The position numbers were made by a program, and so were the translations under genes. A DNA stretch of 32,000 bases from Prochlorococcus marinus str. NATL2A (GTDB lineage: Bacteria; Cyanobacteriota; Cyanobacteriia; PCC-6307; Cyanobiaceae): assembly GCF_000012465.1 (NCBI RefSeq), contig NC_007335.2, positions 930,001 through 962,000 of the forward strand, given 5' to 3'. How positions within the stretch are numbered: the first letter of the stretch is position 1; every line of letters starts with the position of its first letter. Below the pieces are notes generated by a model, which was not told the origin of the DNA, did not search any database, and saw nothing but the letters and a program-made list of their open reading frames with translations. This document shows, piece by piece, positions 27,482 to 32,000 of the stretch.

Positions 27482-27515
27482 TGTTTTTAATAGTTACTTA
27501 TTAGTAGTTATTGGT

Positions 27516-27623
27516 TTAGAAAATTCCAGGAATGATTTGACCTGTTGTTGTGTATGCACCGAAGGCTGCAACGAAGCCAAGCATTGCTGCCCAACCGTTA
27601 AACTTTTCTGCTTCTGGAGTCAT
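27516..27623 (-). CDS. hli: High-light-inducible protein, 35 aa (first gene of the cluster)
   Basis: Hand-translated: MTPEAEKFNGWAAMLGFVAAFGAYTTTGQIIPGIF. Separated from the next hli gene by 34 nt. Confidence 0.85.
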   Translation of the reverse strand: MTPEAEKFNGWAAMLGFVAAFGAYTTTGQIIPGIF

Positions 27624-27641
27624 GATGAAATCCGAGATGTG

Positions 27642-27659
27642 TATGTGAATAAATGTAAA
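27642..27659 (-). promoter_or_regulatory. HLR1-like direct repeat (candidate RpaB-type site) in the hli cluster promoter region
   Basis: The minus strand reads TTTACATT-TA-TTCACATA. This matches the (G/T)TTACA(T/A)(T/A)-N2-(G/T)TTACA(T/A)(T/A) consensus with one mismatch and the correct 10-nt period. It ends 18 nt upstream of the first hli ATG. A possible TTTACG-17 nt-TACATT promoter overlaps it. Confidence 0.4.
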
Positions 27660-27878
27660 CCAATTGTTAAACTACGTAAAGTCCTGAAAGTACGGCTTGC
27701 CTCATGAATGTGGAATTCAGACGCAACGGATACAAAAACTATAGTTAATGCAGTCAATTTGATTACATAAGTTAAGGGTCAAGCCGAGGTGATCATCTCT
27801 CACAAGAAGAACTGGCTAACAAAAAAGTGTGACACTAGTGTCAATTAGAACATTATGTTTATGTTCAGTTATCAGATA

Positions 27879-28151
27879 TCAGTTATAAAAAAAATCAATT
27901 TCTTTAGCTTTTAATCCATCCCAACCAGCTTTGATTAATCGTGTATTTAGAGTGTCTTGGTCAAAATGTTTGGAACCAGTTTTAACAATTCGGTTTCGCA
28001 TTGATTTCTTAACTCCACTTCTTTTACGCGCATTTTCTTTATCCATGACATCCCTGTAGAGGGTAAGCATTTCTGATGGAATAGGACTTCCATCTAGATC
28101 TAAGCCAGCTTGGATAGCGTTATCAATTGCATCTGGGCCAGAGAACTCCAC
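27879..28151 (-). CDS. Hypothetical 90-aa protein
   Basis: Track ORF with protein-like, basic central region. It lies on the same strand between the DUF938 gene and the hli cluster. Confidence 0.5.
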   Translation of the reverse strand: MEFSGPDAIDNAIQAGLDLDGSPIPSEMLTLYRDVMDKENARKRSGVKKSMRNRIVKTGSKHFDQDTLNTRLIKAGWDGLKAKEIDFFYN

Positions 28152-28238
28152 AAGAAAAAAGCGTAATGGATTTATTCTCCTATCGCATCTACCGAATTTA
28201 TGAAATTCTTAGTAGAAAGAAAAAAAGTTGTTTAAATT

Positions 28239-28871
28239 TTACTTTATGCGATAAATAACTGAAAGATTATTGGCTGGCATATCGATGACTTTATCAAGGT
28301 TAAATCCATTTTCAGAAGCAATATCGTTAACGTCTTCTAAGTTGCGAAGCCCCCAGAGCGGGTTTTGTATTTTTAAGGATTGATCAAAATTCAAATTACT
28401 TTCTGAAGTTTGTTTCTCTTTTCTTAAGAAAGGTCCATAGAGCATCAAAAAATTACTTTGATCTAGATATTTCTTTGATTCTTCAAACAAAGATCTTGTA
28501 CAACTCCATGGTGAGATATGAATCATATTTATGCACACAATTCCCTTAATTAAAGCCCCAAGTCGATTGGTAATTGACCAAGGACGAATATCTACATCAA
28601 GATTAAGAGGTTCAGGCATTTTTGAAAAAAGCCCCTCATGCCTAATCCATGAATTAATACTTTGTCTATGTTCAAATTCGGGATCACTAGTTTGCCAAGT
28701 AATTGATGGGAATTTTTTTTGAAAGAAGACTCCGTGTTGTCCACTACCACTAGCTATTTCTAAAAGCCAGCAATTAGGAGAAATATAATTGCTTATAACT
28801 GAGGCGATGGAATCACGATTCCTTGTCGTAGCCGGAAAATCTAGTCGATAGTCGGGATTTATATTAACCAT
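28239..28871 (-). CDS. DUF938-family class I SAM-dependent methyltransferase-like protein
   Basis: 210 aa. FPATTRNRDSIASVI...LLEIASGSGQHGVFF...FPSITWQTSDPE follows the DUF938 pattern, including the SAM-binding glycine motif. Confidence 0.82.
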   Translation of the reverse strand: MVNINPDYRLDFPATTRNRDSIASVISNYISPNCWLLEIASGSGQHGVFFQKKFPSITWQTSDPEFEHRQSINSWIRHEGLFSKMPEPLNLDVDIRPWSITNRLGALIKGIVCINMIHISPWSCTRSLFEESKKYLDQSNFLMLYGPFLRKEKQTSESNLNFDQSLKIQNPLWGLRNLEDVNDIASENGFNLDKVIDMPANNLSVIYRIK

Positions 28872-29155
28872 GATTTATCAATAGTTAATAGGACTAAGGA
28901 ATCAGAATTGCTTGGAAGTTTTTCCTTAGAAAAATCTTTAATAATAAAAATAATCATTATTAGTAAAGGAGCTAGAAATGCGGATGCGGCAACTGCTCCA
29001 ATAATCCGTCTTGAATTTAATAAGGGCTTTTTAACTAATGGGTCACCACAGAGACCACAAATCAAAACACCATCACTACTAGTTTTATGAAATTGATAAC
29101 GAGAAGAGCAGAAAGGGCAATAATATCGGCTCATTCCTGATCTTACAAAAAACAA
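28859..29155 (-). CDS. Zinc-ribbon plus single-TM protein (98 aa, or 91 aa from the MSRYY start)
   Basis: CPFC-x17-CGLC zinc-ribbon spacing followed by the TM helix IIGAVAASAFLAPLLIMIIFII. Its 3' end overlaps the DUF938 start by 13 nt. Confidence 0.5.
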   Translation of the reverse strand: MFFVRSGMSRYYCPFCSSRYQFHKTSSDGVLICGLCGDPLVKKPLLNSRRIIGAVAASAFLAPLLIMIIFIIKDFSKEKLPSNSDSLVLLTIDKSWLI

Positions 29156-29225
29156 AATTTATCTATATTAAATATGCCTACCATTATAAAAAGCAAACTA
29201 ATTTGATTAAATGTAGGACTTAAAG

Positions 29226-29912
29226 ATGAGAGAAGAGATTGAGGTATCAAATCACCTTGTAAGGAATCTTGAGAGAATATCTCCAGACAATTCTATCTTT
29301 AATTACAAATCTGGAAGAAATGCCTTCTTATCATTAGGACAAGGAAATATTCGTGAATGGTTGGAGATATTTCTTCCGAATACAAGAATAATTTTAGAAC
29401 CAAAAATCATTGGATCAATCATTGGCATTCAATATATCAATGGAGAATTAAACAAGGTCATAAATAAAAATAGTCAAGACATTACAGAAAGTGTAAGGTC
29501 TCTTAAAACTATTCCTAAAAGCCTAGCGATTAAAAACAGACTTGAAATACAAGGAGTTCTTTACGACTATAAAAATTTATCAACTAGAAAAAATGAAACT
29601 GAATTTATAGATATTCAAAATTTTATATCAAAGTCTAAAAGACTTAAATTCTGCGCTTTTCAAATATGTCAATGCAATATTAATCATTTTCAATCACTTC
29701 AGGAATTAAAACATCTAAATTTTGAAATTCCTCAAACTCAATTTACAAACTTCATTTCTGATATCGAAATCTATATTCAATGTTGGAGAGAGGGTAAGTT
29801 ATTTACAAGCTATCCAACAAATGGACTAGTATTGAAAATCAATTCAAGAAAATTGCAAAAGTATCTTGGAGAAAATAACCTATCAATACCTTGGGCATAC
29901 GCCATAAATTAA
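29226..29912 (+). CDS. LigA-type adenylation-domain-like protein, paralogue 2 (degenerate motif I)
   Basis: 228 aa. Colinear with 24713..25345: EPKIIGSIIGIQY (KxDG becomes KIIG), SVRSLKTIPKSL, LEIQGVLY, FCAFQI, LKHLNFEIP, TNGLVLKINS and IPWAYAI. The TRGDG-equivalent is lost. Confidence 0.7.
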   Translation: MREEIEVSNHLVRNLERISPDNSIFNYKSGRNAFLSLGQGNIREWLEIFLPNTRIILEPKIIGSIIGIQYINGELNKVINKNSQDITESVRSLKTIPKSLAIKNRLEIQGVLYDYKNLSTRKNETEFIDIQNFISKSKRLKFCAFQICQCNINHFQSLQELKHLNFEIPQTQFTNFISDIEIYIQCWREGKLFTSYPTNGLVLKINSRKLQKYLGENNLSIPWAYAIN

Positions 29913-30058
29913 TGATTATTGCTACAACTCAAAAAGCATCAGAAGTAATTGGAGGAGTAGAGATCTTTTCCCCAATGGGATTAACCATCCTAACCATAGG
30001 AATACTATTTACAGTAGGTGTACCACTAACAATGATTTTAAAAGGAAAGAAAGATTAA
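29912..30058 (+). CDS. Possible 48-aa membrane micro-protein, translationally coupled to the ligase-like paralogue 2
   Basis: Hand-found: MIIATTQKASEVIGGVEIFSPMGLTILTIGILFTVGVPLTMILKGKKD. Its ATG overlaps the upstream TAA (TAATG at 29910-29914). Confidence 0.4.
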   Translation: MIIATTQKASEVIGGVEIFSPMGLTILTIGILFTVGVPLTMILKGKKD

Positions 30059-30171
30059 GTTATTTTCACTGACGATTTTATGGAGAATTAAATTGTGAGT
30101 AACTAAACAAACAACTACAAAAAAAGGATTTAGATTAAACTCGTAAAGAGCTAATTCAAAACAAGAAAGAT

Positions 30172-30609
30172 ATGAGTAAAGATATTAAAATTCTAAATGA
30201 TATTATCAACACCTTATTTAAGTATATTCATCCAAAGAAATTTCATTTCAATTTGGTATTGCTATCAGGATTACTCTTGGTACCATTGCAACAAACCAGA
30301 TCGGAAGAACTTTTTCTAAAATGTGTTGGTAAATATGAAATAAATAGAGGTGCTCTAATCAAACCAGATTGGGAAACGAGCTACCTAACAATTAATCTAG
30401 ATGGATTAATATCTACTATTTACGATAAAGGAGTAAAAAAAGAAGGAAGGACTTTGATTAGACGTAATTCATACACAATAACTCAAAGAGATAATAGAAA
30501 CAGCGTTAGGAATATCTACAAAATCAATGGAAAGTATGGTACCTACTCAGTTGAATCCCCACAGAGGTATAGAACTTTGATAGGTACTTGTCAAAAAGGA
30601 AGAGGTTAA
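30172..30609 (+). CDS. Hypothetical 145-aa protein with one N-terminal hydrophobic segment
   Basis: Track ORF, basic. No family recognised. Confidence 0.45.
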   Translation: MSKDIKILNDIINTLFKYIHPKKFHFNLVLLSGLLLVPLQQTRSEELFLKCVGKYEINRGALIKPDWETSYLTINLDGLISTIYDKGVKKEGRTLIRRNSYTITQRDNRNSVRNIYKINGKYGTYSVESPQRYRTLIGTCQKGRG

Positions 30610-30660
30610 GAAGATTGATTTAAAAATATAAAATACTACTTCAATTATTTTCTAAATCAA

Positions 30661-30801
30661 TTAATTGTCGCTTCCTTTACTTTGATCAAGACCTTGAGCT
30701 CTGCGGTTTTTGGCAATACCTCCAACCCCAAGCACCAAGAAAATCATATAGAAAAATAAAGTAGAAATAATCGTAATGATTGAAATCGTGGCAATATTCA
30801 T
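30661..30801 (-). CDS. Possible 46-aa single-TM micro-protein
   Basis: Hand-found: MNIATISIITIISTLFFYMIFLVLGVGGIAKNRRAQGLDQSKGSDN. Confidence 0.35.
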   Translation of the reverse strand: MNIATISIITIISTLFFYMIFLVLGVGGIAKNRRAQGLDQSKGSDN

Positions 30802-31127
30802 TAAAAAAATATTGATTTAATTTGTTCTCTAAATCTAACAGGAAGTGTCAATACAACCACTTAAGTAAAGACAACAGTAACGCCACTGATAAGTATCGCA
30901 AACGTAATAATGAAAAAAGGCAGAACTTGAATTTTATTGTTATTCATAGAAATCGATTTTTTTATACGGTAATAAAATCACAAAGAGGACGAGACGAATA
31001 ACTACGCAAAAACATTAGTAATAACCGGCCTACAATAATTTTTTTTGTAAAAAGCAATTATTTAAGAAGACTTTAAGTATATAAATTATTAGATAGAATT
31101 TAAAAATGCTTTCAATCTTAAGTTGAT

Positions 31128-31421
31128 ATGTGGGTAAGCATAGATCTTTGCTTAGTACCAATAGGGGTAGGTGTCTCATTATCTCCATACATAAAGACGT
31201 GCTTATCAATTATTGAGGAACATAAGCTTGAGCATGAACTGGGTCCAAATGGAACTGCAATTGAAGGGGAGTGGGATCAAGTTTTTGAATGCGTAAAGAA
31301 ATGCCATGAGGCAGTTCATAGCAAAGGTGCTCCACGTGTTTATACAACATTAAAAGTAAATACACGTACAGATAAGAAGCAATTATTTAAAGAAAAAGTG
31401 GGAAGTGTAAGAGGCTCATAG
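31128..31421 (+). CDS. MTH1187/YkoF-family (UPF0045, thiamine-binding-like) protein
   Basis: 97 aa. VSIDLCLVPIGVGVSLSPYI......I.......HELGPNGTAIEGEWDQVFECVKKCHE matches the MTH1187 family pattern. Confidence 0.8.
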   Translation: MWVSIDLCLVPIGVGVSLSPYIKTCLSIIEEHKLEHELGPNGTAIEGEWDQVFECVKKCHEAVHSKGAPRVYTTLKVNTRTDKKQLFKEKVGSVRGS

Positions 31422-31542
31422 CAAAAGAATGTAAAAGCATTAAGAAAAAGTTTAAAACCCTAAAACAAAAGAAAGATCCCAACATTTACCCATGCATACT
31501 CATAGAAGTACTGATATAAAAGAAATACCAGCACGGTAATTA

Positions 31543-31644
31543 ATGACTATCTTTGCTCGTCTAAGCAGATCAGAAGTTATTCACGGAAGAGTGGCTATGT
31601 TTATCGTTGCTATCTGGTTATTCACAAACTATCTAATTCGTTAA
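31543..31644 (+). CDS. Possible minimal HLIP-like one-helix protein (33 aa)
   Basis: Hand-found: MTIFARLSRSEVIHGRVAMFIVAIWLFTNYLIR. It has an ExxxGRxAM motif but lacks the TGQIIPG tail. Confidence 0.45.
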   Translation: MTIFARLSRSEVIHGRVAMFIVAIWLFTNYLIR

Positions 31645-31646
31645 GA

Positions 31647-31784
31647 ATGGCTAACCCTATTAAAACTTGGTTTTTTGAATTAATCGAAGATGCGATAGGC
31701 AGTAAAGCTATGAAGCAATTTAAGGAAGAAGAAGAAGGAAAAAAAAAGAATTCCGAATCAAATGATGAGCCCAAACAAAATTAG
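31647..31784 (+). CDS. Possible 45-aa charged micro-protein
   Basis: Hand-found: MANPIKTWFFELIEDAIGSKAMKQFKEEEEGKKKNSESNDEPKQN. It starts 2 nt after the preceding stop. Confidence 0.3.
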   Translation: MANPIKTWFFELIEDAIGSKAMKQFKEEEEGKKKNSESNDEPKQN

Positions 31785-31820
31785 TTGTTAAAGACTCCTA
31801 GTTATATAGCCAACCAAGAA

Positions 31821-31991
31821 TCAATCCCATTCAGCCGCAACAGCTCTTAAGCCACTAGCAATGATTTCGTTGGGGCAATTAGTATCCTCCTTTAAGGCCT
31901 TAGCTGCAAGATGAACGTTCTCCCAAAATACAGACACTGCTCCAGTTTTTTGGTCATCAGAGAATTTAAAATCCTCAAAAGCTTTTGGCAT
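31821..31991 (-). CDS. 56-aa protein, member 4 of the small-protein family (L-K-x2-T-x-C motif)
   Basis: Hand-found: MPKAFEDFKFSDDQKTGAVSVFWENVHLAAKALKEDTNCPNEIIASGLRAVAAEWD. Same length as the member at 7192..7362. Confidence 0.5.
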   Translation of the reverse strand: MPKAFEDFKFSDDQKTGAVSVFWENVHLAAKALKEDTNCPNEIIASGLRAVAAEWD

Positions 31992-32000
31992 TTTCCTATT

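Noticed and set aside
26948-27623. Periodic ~45-nt repeat recurring five times at intervals of roughly 119-156 nt, superficially array-like (CRISPR-like or satellite-like)
   Set aside because: The repeats are the conserved C-terminal coding segments (TTGQIIPG) of five translatable hli genes. The 'spacers' are the variable N-terminal coding parts, so this is not a CRISPR array.
27429-27707. 92-aa plus-strand track ORF rich in Cys (CCCVCTEGC...)
   Set aside because: It is the antisense of two clearly recognisable hli genes and their promoter. The composition is odd, so it is an artefact of an open antisense frame.
28531-29090. Two plus-strand track ORFs (28531..28722 and 28908..29090)
   Set aside because: They are antisense to the DUF938 methyltransferase and to the zinc-ribbon/TM gene respectively.
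30960-31127. Possible TPP riboswitch upstream of the YkoF/MTH1187-like gene
   Set aside because: I could not find the conserved CUGAGA or ACCUGA elements or a matching helix arrangement. The region is plain AT-rich spacer.
1-32000. Search for tRNA, rRNA, CRISPR repeats, integrase or transposase genes and long terminal direct repeats
   Set aside because: I saw no T-loop-like GGTTCGAAT/GGTTCAAAT context with acceptor-stem pairing, no long GC-rich structured RNA, no regularly spaced non-coding repeats and no recombinase motifs. A tRNAscan/Infernal run would be needed for certainty.

Overview
All functional calls here are by eye from sequence motifs; no database or profile search was possible. 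The window is very AT-rich and gene-dense. It looks like a marine picocyanobacterium of the high-light Prochlorococcus type. That is an inference from tandem hli genes ending in TGQIIPG, a CyAbrB-type regulator, Nif11-domain proteins, a DesA-type desaturase and many tiny single-helix ORFs. The left ~2.5 kb is housekeeping: the N-terminal part of tpiA, an S4-domain protein and an MsbA-like ABC exporter. The rest looks like accessory or island-type DNA, with short orphan genes interspersed among recognisable enzymes. These include a uridine-kinase-like P-loop protein, an NmrA-like protein, a desaturase, peptidase E, an SDR, an MBL-fold protein, an RCK K+ channel, DCC/DUF393, a DUF938 methyltransferase and an MTH1187/YkoF-like protein. 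I could not recognise any rRNA, tRNA, CRISPR array, integrase or transposase. Three things stand out. (i) A co-directional gene pair at 18.46-20.34 kb: DUF2130 (CxxC + coiled coil + PD-(D/E)xK-like) followed by a T5orf172 protein with about 3 TM helices. I flag it as a candidate undescribed defence-type module. (ii) Two inverted LigA-type paralogues that consist of the adenylation domain only (24.7-25.3 kb and 29.2-29.9 kb). They bracket a cassette holding five head-to-tail hli genes, with three TAATG stop/start overlaps linking four of them. The ORF track mostly misses these genes. (iii) Several within-window micro-protein paralogue families: a four-member 56-61 aa family with a conserved L-K-x2-T-x-C motif, two 49-aa membrane proteins and two tandem 84-aa proteins.
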